Assembly: GCA_964418485.1 (NCBI GenBank)
Contig: CAYQMH010000002.1
Span: forward strand, 5,687 to 69,686
DNA: 64,000 bases
Source: an uncultured bacterium
Lineage (GTDB): Bacteria; Hydrothermota; UBA3072
Direction: 5' to 3'
Below the pieces are notes generated by a model. That model had not been told where the DNA came from and searched no databases. It saw nothing but the letters and a program-made list of their open reading frames with translations. The translations under genes and the position numbers were made by a program. Positions 40,274 through 51,362 of this stretch are shown in pieces (the stretch's first letter is position 1; every line of letters begins with the position of its first letter).

Positions 40274-40892
40274 AATACGCTATTTATTGATATTACTGAT
40301 AATGTATTTCTTATACAAAATACTTATCGTTTCTCTTCCTATAGGGAAAGCTCATGTGAGTTATTCTAAGGGAGTTACGGAGAAGAGGAAGGAAGAAATC
40401 GGAAAAATAGTTAAGCGAACCGGACTCGATGATTTAAATGAGTTAAAGGATTCAATTGAATCTCTTCCCTGGGTGAGTTCGGTTCATTTAGGCAGGAATA
40501 TTTTAGGCAGATTAAGAATTGTTGTTTCTCCGAGAGTACCGAGGGTTCGAATTGCTGGATCTAAGGATAAGGTTATAGATAAAGAAGGTTTTATTTTTAA
40601 TTATGATATAACTGATTCGCTGCCTATGGTTGAACTGAGCAAAGGTGTTCAGAGCGAAGACATAGCAAAGGCGCTTGGTATTTTTGGAATTCTGACTGAA
40701 TTTAATATCGATAAGGTGCAGATCGATCGTGGTAAGGTAAAAACAAAGAGTTCTAACTGTGAAGTTATCTGGGGTAACGATGGATTCGTGAGGAAATATG
40801 AAATACTTAAACGTATATTAGGAGATAATATAAGTGAGTTTAAGGGAACACTTGACTTTAGGTTTAAAAATATGGTGGTTTTAAGGAGGTAA
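40245..40892 (+). CDS. ftsQ: cell division protein FtsQ-like (POTRA)
   Basis: Bitopic protein located between murB and ftsA. Confidence 0.55.
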   Translation: MAKKKKSRFRIRYLLILLIMYFLYKILIVSLPIGKAHVSYSKGVTEKRKEEIGKIVKRTGLDDLNELKDSIESLPWVSSVHLGRNILGRLRIVVSPRVPRVRIAGSKDKVIDKEGFIFNYDITDSLPMVELSKGVQSEDIAKALGIFGILTEFNIDKVQIDRGKVKTKSSNCEVIWGNDGFVRKYEILKRILGDNISEFKGTLDFRFKNMVVLRR

Positions 40893-40895
40893 GCA

Positions 40896-42134
40896 TTGGG
40901 TGAAGGAAATGAAGTTGTAGTAGGGTTGGATCTTGGTACAACAAAAATCGCTTCTGTTATTGCCGAAGTTGAAGAAGGAAAGGTTAATATTATAGGGGTA
41001 GGTAAATATACTTCTGAGGGCCTTCGTAAGGGGATCGTTATAAACATAGATAAGACAGTCCAGTCGATACTTAAAGCAATGAGAGAAGCAGAAATGATGG
41101 CAGGAAAAGAAGCTGCCGGAGTATTTACCGGAATTGCGGGAGATCATATAAGGAATATTCAGGGAAAAGGAGTCGTGGCGGTAGCAGGACCGGATAATGA
41201 AATTACCAAGGAAGATGTAGCTAGAGTCCTGGAAGGGGCAAAATCTATGGCTTTGCCGGTTGACAGGGAGGTAATTCATATTATACCGACCGATTTTGTG
41301 TTAGATGGGCAGGGGGGGATAGACGACCCAATAGGGATGTTTGCTCAAAGATTAGAAGCTAGTGTGGTGATTGTAACCGGAGCTGTTACTTCTGCTAAAA
41401 ATATATGTAAATGCGTTAATAAAGCGGGTTATGAAGTTAACGATATTATACTTCAACCGCTTGCGTCTTCGTACGCGGTCCTGTCCGGTGAAGAAAAAGA
41501 AGCAGGAGCTGTTCTTATGGATATAGGAGGAGGTACTACCGATATAGCAGTTTTTTACAACGGCAGTTTAAGAAAAACTTCTGTGATCGGCTTGGGCGGA
41601 GAGAATATTACTAATGATATTGGAATAGGACTAAGGTGTTCATATGCGGAAGGGGAAAGAGTGAAAATAGAATTCGGGACAGTTAAGGAGCTTCCCGAAG
41701 ATAGGAGAAAGGAAATGATTTCGGTGAAAGGTATATCGGGTTCGAGAGATAAGCAGGTAACACTAGATTTATTGCAGCAAATTTTAAAACCTCGAGTGGA
41801 AGAAATATTGACGTTGGCTCACCGGGTAATTAGCGGTGACCCTCTATACGAGATGCTATCAGCAGGTGTGGTTTTAACCGGTGGTACCGCTAAATTAGAT
41901 GGTATTACAGAGTTGGCAGAGGATATTTTTGGTTTACCGGTAAGGGTAGGAATGCCGTCTGAAGATGTTGTTGGTCTTCGTGACGCAGTTTCCGATCCAT
42001 CCTTTGCGACATCGGTTGGACTTATAAAATATGGAGCGTATAGTTCCGGCGAGAAGTTAAGAAAAATCCAGGGCAAGAGTATGTTCGATTCCGTTTTAAA
42101 AAGAATGAATCAGTGGTTTGAAGAGTTTTTTTAA
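40896..42134 (+). CDS. ftsA: cell division protein FtsA
   Basis: Actin-fold 'GLDLGTTKI' and 'DIGGGTTD' motifs. Confidence 0.9.
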   Translation: MGEGNEVVVGLDLGTTKIASVIAEVEEGKVNIIGVGKYTSEGLRKGIVINIDKTVQSILKAMREAEMMAGKEAAGVFTGIAGDHIRNIQGKGVVAVAGPDNEITKEDVARVLEGAKSMALPVDREVIHIIPTDFVLDGQGGIDDPIGMFAQRLEASVVIVTGAVTSAKNICKCVNKAGYEVNDIILQPLASSYAVLSGEEKEAGAVLMDIGGGTTDIAVFYNGSLRKTSVIGLGGENITNDIGIGLRCSYAEGERVKIEFGTVKELPEDRRKEMISVKGISGSRDKQVTLDLLQQILKPRVEEILTLAHRVISGDPLYEMLSAGVVLTGGTAKLDGITELAEDIFGLPVRVGMPSEDVVGLRDAVSDPSFATSVGLIKYGAYSSGEKLRKIQGKSMFDSVLKRMNQWFEEFF

Positions 42135-42146
42135 AAAGGAGGCGTA

Positions 42147-43295
42147 ATGTTTAAATCTAAAGGTAAAACTAATAGTCCGGCTAAGATTAGAGTTGTGGGA
42201 GTTGGAGGTTGTGGCGGAAATGCAGTAACTACGATGGTAGAGTCGGGGATGTCTGGTGTTGATTTCTGGGCGATAAATACTGATGTGCAGGACATAAGTC
42301 TGGTTCCCACCAACGATAAGATTCAAATCGGTAAAGAATTAACCAGAGGTAGAGGTACAGGTGGAGATCCTGAACTCGGGAGACAAGCGGCCGAGGAGAG
42401 TATTGATGATCTGCGAGTCCTGACCGAAGATGTTGATATGTTATTTATTACCGCCGGAATGGGAGGAGGAACAGGTACAGGAGCCTCTCCTGTTATTGCT
42501 TCTCTTGCCAAAGAGAAAGGAGTTTTGACTGTTGGAGTGGTTACGACACCTTTCTATTATGAATCAAGCAGAATAAAAAAGGCTAAGAAGGGAATAAAAG
42601 CTCTTTCACCGGTTGTTGACACTTTGCTTGTGGTTCCCAACGATAGATTAATGAGTATGGGAAATATGTCTCTTGCTAAAGCTTTAAGTGAAGTTTCAAT
42701 GGATGTTTTAATGAAGGCAGTTAAAAGCATCAGCGGATTATTGCTTAAAGATGCTTACTGGAGTCTGGATTTTGCGGATGTTAAGACAGTAATGTCTAAG
42801 AGAGGTAAAGCCCTGATGGGAATGGGAAGAGCATCCGGCGAGAACAAGGCTTTGGAGGCTGCTCAGGGAGCTATCAATTCACCTTTGCTTGAGGATACGG
42901 ATATATCTCAGTCAAAAGCGGCTCTCGTTAATTTTACAGTCGATAAAGAAGATTTCACTTTGAAAGAAATGAAAGAGGCTATGGAAGTTATAAGGGAAGC
43001 TGTTGGAGCAGAGGATGATGAGGATAGTGATATATTTATGGGAGTCGTTTTTGAGGAAAAACGTACTGAGGCTGAAATTACTTTGATTGCAACAGGTATA
43101 GGAGAGCCGGAAAAAGACGAAATCGATAAAATCGATTTCAGAGGAATTTCAAGTGCAAGAGATTTTGATGGTATAAGTGAATTAAATAAACTAAAGGAAA
43201 ATCTGGAGATTTTTGATACCCCTGCTTTTATTAGAGATAAGAAGTTGATCGAAGATCTTGATGTTCCCACGTTTTTAAGAAAGCAGATGGATTAA
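42147..43295 (+). CDS. ftsZ: cell division GTPase FtsZ
   Basis: 'GVGGCGGNAV' and 'GMGGGTGTGA' tubulin signatures. Confidence 0.95.
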   Translation: MFKSKGKTNSPAKIRVVGVGGCGGNAVTTMVESGMSGVDFWAINTDVQDISLVPTNDKIQIGKELTRGRGTGGDPELGRQAAEESIDDLRVLTEDVDMLFITAGMGGGTGTGASPVIASLAKEKGVLTVGVVTTPFYYESSRIKKAKKGIKALSPVVDTLLVVPNDRLMSMGNMSLAKALSEVSMDVLMKAVKSISGLLLKDAYWSLDFADVKTVMSKRGKALMGMGRASGENKALEAAQGAINSPLLEDTDISQSKAALVNFTVDKEDFTLKEMKEAMEVIREAVGAEDDEDSDIFMGVVFEEKRTEAEITLIATGIGEPEKDEIDKIDFRGISSARDFDGISELNKLKENLEIFDTPAFIRDKKLIEDLDVPTFLRKQMD

Positions 43296-43372
43296 TACCT
43301 TACTTCGAGCAGATAAATTGGATTATTAGCTATTGGCTTTTTGCCTTTTGCTTTTTGCTTTAATTTTTTAAA

Positions 43373-43732
43373 ATGAGAAATTTTAGAAACCTTAATGTAT
43401 GGAAAGAAGGAATTAGGCTTGCAGAAGAGGTCTACAAATTATCGGGATTGTTACCTGGTACTGAGAAAGATGGATTAAAGAGTCAGGTATGTAGATCATC
43501 TATATCAATTCCTTCAAATATTGCTGAAGGATGCAGTAGAGACAGTGAAGTATATTTTAAAAGATTTTTGGAAATCGCTTTAGTTTCTTCATTCGAATTG
43601 GAAACTCAATTTTTAATAGTTAAGGAGCTCGATTTGATTCCAAAGGACAAGTTAAATAAAGTATTGGATTTATTAGACAAAGAGCAAAGAATGCTTAATA
43701 TTTTTGTTGAAAAGCTGGAAGCTGACGGCTAA
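43373..43732 (+). CDS. four-helix-bundle protein (Avd-like, TIGR02436 family)
   Basis: Characteristic 'IPSNIAEGCSR' motif. Length is 119 aa. Confidence 0.6.
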   Translation: MRNFRNLNVWKEGIRLAEEVYKLSGLLPGTEKDGLKSQVCRSSISIPSNIAEGCSRDSEVYFKRFLEIALVSSFELETQFLIVKELDLIPKDKLNKVLDLLDKEQRMLNIFVEKLEADG

Positions 43733-43739
43733 AGTCTAA

Positions 43740-45788
<2,049 letters not shown>

Positions 45789-45916
45789 CCACAGAGTGCA
45801 CAGAGGAAGAAAAAACGCACAGAGAACACAAAGGAACAACAAAGAATTTTTATTGTTTGTACCCCACCCCTCACAAAAACAAAGAGTAACGACAAATAGC
45901 ACAAATAACACAAATC
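45789..45916 (-). repeat. dispersed mosaic intergenic repeat Y2
   Basis: Reverse complement of 23657-23872. Confidence 0.8.
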
Positions 45917-46047
45917 TTTTTTGTTTTTACTATTTGACCATTTTTTAATTTAACTACTCAACTAATCCGAAGGATTGATTATTGGGATGCAGATTAACGC
46001 AGATTTAAAGGGATTTTTTTTGTTGTAAGAAGTGCTGAACCTGTTCC

Positions 46048-46482
46048 TCATTGAATTATATCTTTAAATATTTCTTCCTTTATTTTTGTCTTTTTTCCCC
46101 ATAAATCTTTTCGCATAGCAACAACAGCTTTTGTATAAGAATTATAATCTCTATTCTTTATAAAATTGGTAATAGTGTATATTACTTCATCGTTGGCAAA
46201 TATAATTCCATGTAATAATTCAGATTTAATTTCATCAATAAAATCTTCAAGAGTATTTAAATCTGGGCGGTGGTCTTTTACAAATCTAGTACCATGCTTT
46301 TCGAATTGTAATACAGTAAGCATTTGTATTATAATAGCTGCATATCTTTTTCGTTTCCATTCGTATTCTTCATTTTTTAAATCCTTCTTATATTGGAACC
46401 TATATTGGAAATATGCGCCTAAAATACTACCGAGGCCAATAGCAGTTAAGAATGATAAAAATAATTCAATAGAAATATTCAT
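46048..46482 (-). CDS. hypothetical N-terminally membrane-anchored protein
   Basis: One N-terminal TM helix and a charged soluble domain. Preceded by promoter-module copy 1. Confidence 0.35.
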   Translation of the reverse strand: MNISIELFLSFLTAIGLGSILGAYFQYRFQYKKDLKNEEYEWKRKRYAAIIIQMLTVLQFEKHGTRFVKDHRPDLNTLEDFIDEIKSELLHGIIFANDEVIYTITNFIKNRDYNSYTKAVVAMRKDLWGKKTKIKEEIFKDIIQ

Positions 46483-46566
46483 TATTTACTCTTAGGTAGT
46501 ACGACATTTCATACAGCTTGCCCATAGTCAAACTTGTTCGTTTATGCTCCTGTTTAATACTAGTTG

Positions 46567-46612
46567 TTGAATTCATGATAATTATTATAGTCATTTTACT
46601 TTAACTGTTAAG
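46567..46612 (-). promoter_or_regulatory. repeated consensus promoter module, copy 1 (-35 degenerate, TTAACA)
   Basis: Minus strand reads cttaacagttaaagtaaaatgacTATAATaattatcatgaattcaa. Five copies occur in the window. Confidence 0.6.
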
Positions 46613-46726
46613 CTTCAGCTACATAATGTTCCGCCTGTCCGCGTCTGGGGTGGATAGGGTAAAGGACATTAGCCCACAACGTATATGCTGTGTTAGGCGA
46701 TGCTCTGGTGGCCTTGTATTTGGACC

Positions 46727-47008
46727 TTATTGTTTCTTGGTATTTTCCTCAATCTTAACCTGACAAAGGGCTGTCTGAGCCTGTAATTTAAGCGAGAAGG
46801 CTTTCTCTCTGCCAATGTAAAAACCAATCGCTCCGAAGATTACTAAACCAAGAAGTGCTACACCTGCTCCCTTTACTGCGTATCCGACGATACCACCGAT
46901 TAAAGCACCTACAATTGTGCATTTCGCAATGATCGTATTTGCCTTTCTGTGCAGACGGTCGGCGAACTCGTATATAACTTTTGGGTCATATTGGACCATA
47001 TAAATCAC
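46727..47008 (-). CDS. small glycine-zipper membrane protein
   Basis: 'GALIGGIVGYAVKGAGVALLGLVIFGAIGFYIG'. GGAGGTG RBS. Confidence 0.4.
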   Translation of the reverse strand: MIYMVQYDPKVIYEFADRLHRKANTIIAKCTIVGALIGGIVGYAVKGAGVALLGLVIFGAIGFYIGREKAFSLKLQAQTALCQVKIEENTKKQ

Positions 47009-47193
47009 CTCCTTCTTGTGTTTTTTCGCTTAACATATTCATAAATGCATTGCAGATATCCTCCCAATTTTGCAGTGTAGATGCAATGCGGATATACCGT
47101 TTTTAGGAGAATTGCCAGAATATCCTTCTAAATATTTTTGCTGTATATCACTTTCTTTTTTAAAATTTAGATTGTCCATTTGAATACTAACTA

Positions 47194-47239
47194 TTGAATT
47201 CATGATAATTATTATAATCATTTTACTTAGACTGTCAAG
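47194..47239 (-). promoter_or_regulatory. repeated consensus promoter module, copy 2
   Basis: Minus strand reads CTTGACAgtctaagtaaaatgatTATAATaattatcatgaattcaa. Confidence 0.65.
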
Positions 47240-47344
47240 CATAAGAACAGCAAATGCCGTCAGCTGTCAGTTTTATCTCGAAACCCGTAACCACAACTTT
47301 AATCAACTACAAAGGACACATTTTTATATGTTCATCTTTATTTA

Positions 47345-47602
47345 TTATTTAATGATACTCTTAATTCTTTCTGCATATTTTCGAGATTCTTTTAAATCCA
47401 GGTTTAAGTTAAATGCCTCATTTAAAACTTGAGTCAATAACTTGTTAATCCTCTCAATCGAGCTATTTTCATCAATAAAAAAGAGAATATCTGTTGCTTC
47501 GATTTCGTAATTTTCTAAATCAGGAATTAGTTTGGCTCGCTCTCCTAAAGGATTCCATTCGGTTAATACTTGTTTGACTTTATTTATGTGTTCTTCATTC
47601 AT
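47345..47602 (-). CDS. hypothetical small protein downstream of the methyltransferase
   Basis: 85-aa ORF in the same orientation, 100 nt after the methyltransferase stop. Confidence 0.3.
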   Translation of the reverse strand: MNEEHINKVKQVLTEWNPLGERAKLIPDLENYEIEATDILFFIDENSSIERINKLLTQVLNEAFNLNLDLKESRKYAERIKSIIK

Positions 47603-47704
47603 TTTTGCCTTAGTGAAATATTTGCCGAATCATTATTCTTAAAGATTAATAATAAGTTCCAGCATAAAAGAAGTTTTTGTAAAGCAAAAAAAGGCATTAA
47701 CTTT

Positions 47705-48601
47705 TTATGCTGTGTTATACGGCATTTCAGTCGTATTTACACGTGCCTCACTAATAAACTTCTCCATTTTTTCAAACTTTATCTCTATTTCATTATATAA
47801 AGTTCGTCCTTCTTGTTGAAATCTTTTCGTTGCCTTCTCACAATATTCTGGATCGATCTCAACGCCAATACTATTTCTGTTAGTCTTCATCGCTGCGAGC
47901 ATTGTTGTCCCTGTTCCAGAGAAGGGATCGAGGACCGTGTCTCCCCAGAATGAAAACATTCTGACTAATCTATATGCCAACTCAAATGGGAACGGCGCTG
48001 GATGGTTTTTTGTTGATGTTCCATGAATATTCCAAATTTGACGAAACCATTCCTTATATTCTTTCTTATTAATCTTACTTAACTGACGTTGTTCAATTGT
48101 TGGTTTACGGTAGCCACCAGGTTTTCGTTGCATGAGGATAAATTCGATATCATTTTTAATGATAGCATTAGGTTCGTAAGGTTTACCGAAAAATTTAGTG
48201 CCATTATTAACCTCGTAAGTAGCTTTAGCAATCTTATACCAAATAATTGGATTTAAGTTGTCAAAACCTATTTTCCGGCATGATACTGCTATATCTGCAT
48301 GGAGTGGAACTACAACATGCCTGCCAAAATTTCTTCGTGATAAACACACATCTCCGACTACACAAATTAACCTTCCTCCAGGAACTAAAATACGGTAGCA
48401 ATGTTGCCAAACTTTCGATAGTTCTTCTATAAATTTCTCGTAGTCTTCAATGTGTCCCATCTGATTAGGATGTTCGCGATATCTTTTGAGTGTCCAGTAT
48501 GGAGGTGAAGTAATGACCAAATGAATACTCTCATCTGGTATGAATGATAGATTCCGGGCATCACCTTGAATTAAACGATGCGTTGTTTTTTTGTTGGACA
48601 T
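47705..48601 (-). CDS. beta-class DNA methyltransferase (N4-cytosine or N6-adenine; the SPPY motif favours N4C)
   Basis: Motif IV 'ITSPPYW' near the N-terminus and motif I 'DPFSGTGTT' near the C-terminus. This permuted order defines the beta class. Confidence 0.8.
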   Translation of the reverse strand: MSNKKTTHRLIQGDARNLSFIPDESIHLVITSPPYWTLKRYREHPNQMGHIEDYEKFIEELSKVWQHCYRILVPGGRLICVVGDVCLSRRNFGRHVVVPLHADIAVSCRKIGFDNLNPIIWYKIAKATYEVNNGTKFFGKPYEPNAIIKNDIEFILMQRKPGGYRKPTIEQRQLSKINKKEYKEWFRQIWNIHGTSTKNHPAPFPFELAYRLVRMFSFWGDTVLDPFSGTGTTMLAAMKTNRNSIGVEIDPEYCEKATKRFQQEGRTLYNEIEIKFEKMEKFISEARVNTTEMPYNTA

Positions 48602-49420
48602 TTATTTTGACACCCCGAGAGTTGAAAGGAGCATTCTGATTGCATTTTCGATAGATTCTTTTGCCTCGGACGCAAAAATAATACTGTCAATGTCCTTCGA
48701 ACGGAGGCGATTCTGAATATTGATATGTTCTTCGATAAACGGATAATAAACAACAGTCCCAAACTTACTGTTCGGAAAAGCTGACTTTAGCTTGGCAGCT
48801 TTATTAACGATTTCATCGCAGCGTTTATGAATATCCCTTCTGGCCTCAATTCTCTTTATATCTATTCCAACTTTAATATCACCCGACTTAGGGTTTGCAG
48901 CATCTAACTCAAACTGCTCTCCCTCAACTACGAACATTCGCTTATGAAACAGTAAAACACCAAATCGATTTAGACTTCCGAGGATTAGTTTCTCCCAGCG
49001 CCCCTTTCTCTTTCTAATTTCCTTATCGATAAAAGCCACTCTATCAATCTGGCTGAGTGATGGAATCTCCAGATAGGATGGTAAAAATGGTTTAATGTAT
49101 CCGGCAATCACTTTGGCTTGGTCGTTGTTCCATCGAGGACTATATGTATCTACGTTCTTGATAGAGATGTCCCTTTCGAGTGCTCTTGCTGCGACGTTAC
49201 AAGCAGCTAAAAGTGGTTTAAGAATAAGAGGATGCCTAACTATAGCTTTTGCAAGATCAAAAGCACTCATACTCGCAAAGACAATGACTTCTACCTCTCG
49301 CTTTTCTATAAAATTAGAGAACGCTTCTCGTAGTGTTTTTTCTATATCTTTTTGCCGTAGGTTTGCGTCATCCTTAACCCATTCCATGTAGTCCACATGA
49401 CTTCCATATTTATCTGGCAT
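48602..49420 (-). CDS. putative type II restriction endonuclease, cognate to the methyltransferase
   Basis: 272-aa ORF whose stop abuts the methyltransferase start (TAAATG) in the same orientation. It has no recognisable family, and type II REases are hypervariable. Confidence 0.4.
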   Translation of the reverse strand: MPDKYGSHVDYMEWVKDDANLRQKDIEKTLREAFSNFIEKREVEVIVFASMSAFDLAKAIVRHPLILKPLLAACNVAARALERDISIKNVDTYSPRWNNDQAKVIAGYIKPFLPSYLEIPSLSQIDRVAFIDKEIRKRKGRWEKLILGSLNRFGVLLFHKRMFVVEGEQFELDAANPKSGDIKVGIDIKRIEARRDIHKRCDEIVNKAAKLKSAFPNSKFGTVVYYPFIEEHINIQNRLRSKDIDSIIFASEAKESIENAIRMLLSTLGVSK

Positions 49421-49587
49421 TATATATCCTCCACATTGTCGGCCAAAATTTCACCTACCTTATTCATAGACAAAGTATCTCAATTTCTTTCTTTGACACG
49501 GTGTCGCAATAGAGATAGCTTTTTGCCGTTTTATAACTGTTTTTCTTGATAGGTGTTCTCTGTAAAAGTCTTCAAGATACATTGTTA

Positions 49588-49633
49588 TTGAGTTCATGAT
49601 AATTATTATAGTTATTTTACTTAGGCTGTCAAG
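49588..49633 (-). promoter_or_regulatory. repeated consensus promoter module, copy 3
   Basis: Minus strand reads CTTGACAgcctaagtaaaataacTATAATaattatcatgaactcaa. Confidence 0.65.
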
Positions 49634-49655
49634 TTTAGGAAAAACAAAATATTAT

Positions 49656-50486
49656 TTATTTTGGAATAGGTAATTTTATTATTCCGTCCTCAACAGAAAC
49701 ATATAGACTTTTTTCGTCAAATCCTTTACCTCCGAGGGCTACACCGATTGAAGTCTTTAGCGGTTTCTGAGAGAGATATATAAGTTTCCCGCTGATATCG
49801 ATTTTTATCGCGTTGTCGATTGTGCTTGCATATATATTGTTATTATTATCCCTGCACAAGTAAAACATTTTGGTATTATTGATAATTACCTTAGGTTTTG
49901 CGGAAATACTATCTGAATTTAATTTGAATTTGATTATTCTGTTTCCTTCTCTTGCATACAAATTTTCATTATTGCTGTCAATAACTATACTCGTAAGAAC
50001 AAACGGACCGGTGGTATCGCTTTTGAAAAAGATATCCTTTTTGCCTTCCGGAGTGATTTTATAAATGATACCTTTTAAATCATCTGCAACATAAATATTT
50101 CCATTGTTGTCCATCTTCACATCGAAACATAATGAAAATCCATCTGCGATTGTTTCGATATTACCGTCCGGAGAGACTTTTAGTAGTTTATTTCCTACTG
50201 TTATAAATATGCCATTGTTATCGTCGATATAAATTCCGGGACCGATAAAACTTCCTTCAAGTACGGCTGTATTAGTAATTTTTCCATCCGGTGTAACTTT
50301 GGATAATGTTCCATTACCCGTTTCCGGGGCGTTTATCATATACATTAAGCCATTATTATCAAAAGCAATACCATATGGTCTATTACCAGAAGTTTTTAGA
50401 AAATAATCCGGTTCATCCGAATTGGCAGATGCGCAACTCAATATCAATAAAATAGAAAAGATAAAGAAGTTTTTTAGTGACTTCAT
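49656..50486 (-). CDS. NHL-repeat/beta-propeller lipoprotein
   Basis: Lipobox 'ILSCAS'. Repeated 'NGNIYV.D...IYKITPEGK' blades. Confidence 0.5.
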   Translation of the reverse strand: MKSLKNFFIFSILLILSCASANSDEPDYFLKTSGNRPYGIAFDNNGLMYMINAPETGNGTLSKVTPDGKITNTAVLEGSFIGPGIYIDDNNGIFITVGNKLLKVSPDGNIETIADGFSLCFDVKMDNNGNIYVADDLKGIIYKITPEGKKDIFFKSDTTGPFVLTSIVIDSNNENLYAREGNRIIKFKLNSDSISAKPKVIINNTKMFYLCRDNNNNIYASTIDNAIKIDISGKLIYLSQKPLKTSIGVALGGKGFDEKSLYVSVEDGIIKLPIPK

Positions 50487-50503
50487 CCGGAGCCTCCTTA
50501 AAA

Positions 50504-50533
50504 TTATTATAATTGTTTTACTTAGGCTGTCAA
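50504..50533 (-). promoter_or_regulatory. repeated consensus promoter module, copy 4, fused directly to the RBS
   Basis: Minus strand reads TTGACAgcctaagtaaaacaatTATAATaattttAAGGAGGctccggATG. Confidence 0.7.
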
Positions 50534-50572
50534 AAATAGGAACAATATAATGATACGAAGAGCACGAATAAT

Positions 50573-50920
50573 TTATGTTTTTGCTTCTAAATCCTTTAAT
50601 ATCTTCTTAATCAAAGGTTTAATTTTTGGTATCTCTTTTTTTATCGTCTCCCAAACAAGTTCGTATTTTATTCCGAAATAAAAATGAATTAACCTATCTC
50701 TCATCCCAGCCATATCTTTCCAGGGAATAGCGGAATATTTCTGTTTAATCTCTTCCGCTATGCTTTTTGTTGCTTCTCCAATGATTTCAAATTTCCTTAT
50801 CACAGCGCTGGATACTATATCGTTATTTTTAAAAGATTCAACATCCAACCCTTTTACAAATTGCTCTATGGCATCCATTGCTGTTAGAATGTCTTTTAGA
50901 TACAGTTTTGGGTCTCTCAT
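50573..50920 (-). CDS. hepT: HepT-like (DUF86) HEPN toxin
   Basis: 'RDRLIHFY' R-x4-H-x-Y motif. Overlaps the upstream MNT gene by 4 nt. Confidence 0.7.
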   Translation of the reverse strand: MRDPKLYLKDILTAMDAIEQFVKGLDVESFKNNDIVSSAVIRKFEIIGEATKSIAEEIKQKYSAIPWKDMAGMRDRLIHFYFGIKYELVWETIKKEIPKIKPLIKKILKDLEAKT

Positions 50921-51225
50921 AGGTAAACAGCTTCCTTTAAAATGGTGTTTTTAATTTCTTCTCTGATTGTATCAACTGGGACAATATCTACTTTTAAGTT
51001 GAGTTCACTCTCTACATAATCTGCCAGTCCAACAAAATCAAAGAGCGTTGCACCCTCAGAAAATTCTACAAGAATATCGACGTCGCTATTTTCTTTTTGC
51101 TCTCCTCTCACATAAGAGCCAAAAATTCCTTTAATTTCAGCTTTATACTTTCGTTTTATTTCATCTTTTAGTTCTTGCAAAGACTTTATAATTTCCTGTT
51201 TAGTCATATTTATTCCTTCAGGCAC
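50917..51225 (-). CDS. mntA: MNT nucleotidyltransferase antitoxin
   Basis: 'GSYVRGEQKENSDVDILV'. Confidence 0.75.
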   Translation of the reverse strand: MPEGINMTKQEIIKSLQELKDEIKRKYKAEIKGIFGSYVRGEQKENSDVDILVEFSEGATLFDFVGLADYVESELNLKVDIVPVDTIREEIKNTILKEAVYL

Positions 51226-51362
51226 TGTTATGTTAAACTATAAACAAAATTTGCTGGAAAGTCAAGAGATGATGGAGAGATAGACGAAGTAATTTGTTTG
51301 TATCACGATACTAGCTAAATCACCGTAGTGCTTTTTGAGTTCATAAAATTTATTATAATTAT

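Noticed and set aside
43373-43732. Four-helix-bundle (Avd-like) protein as part of a diversity-generating retroelement
   Set aside because: No reverse transcriptase or TR/VR repeat is nearby. It sits between ftsZ and ligA, as in many genomes where it is a standalone protein.
47039-47242. 67-aa ORF starting MLDSLSKMIIIII
   Set aside because: The start codon and first 15 codons lie inside promoter-module copy 2 (TTGACA...TATAAT). Only the downstream part could be a leader uORF (see findings).
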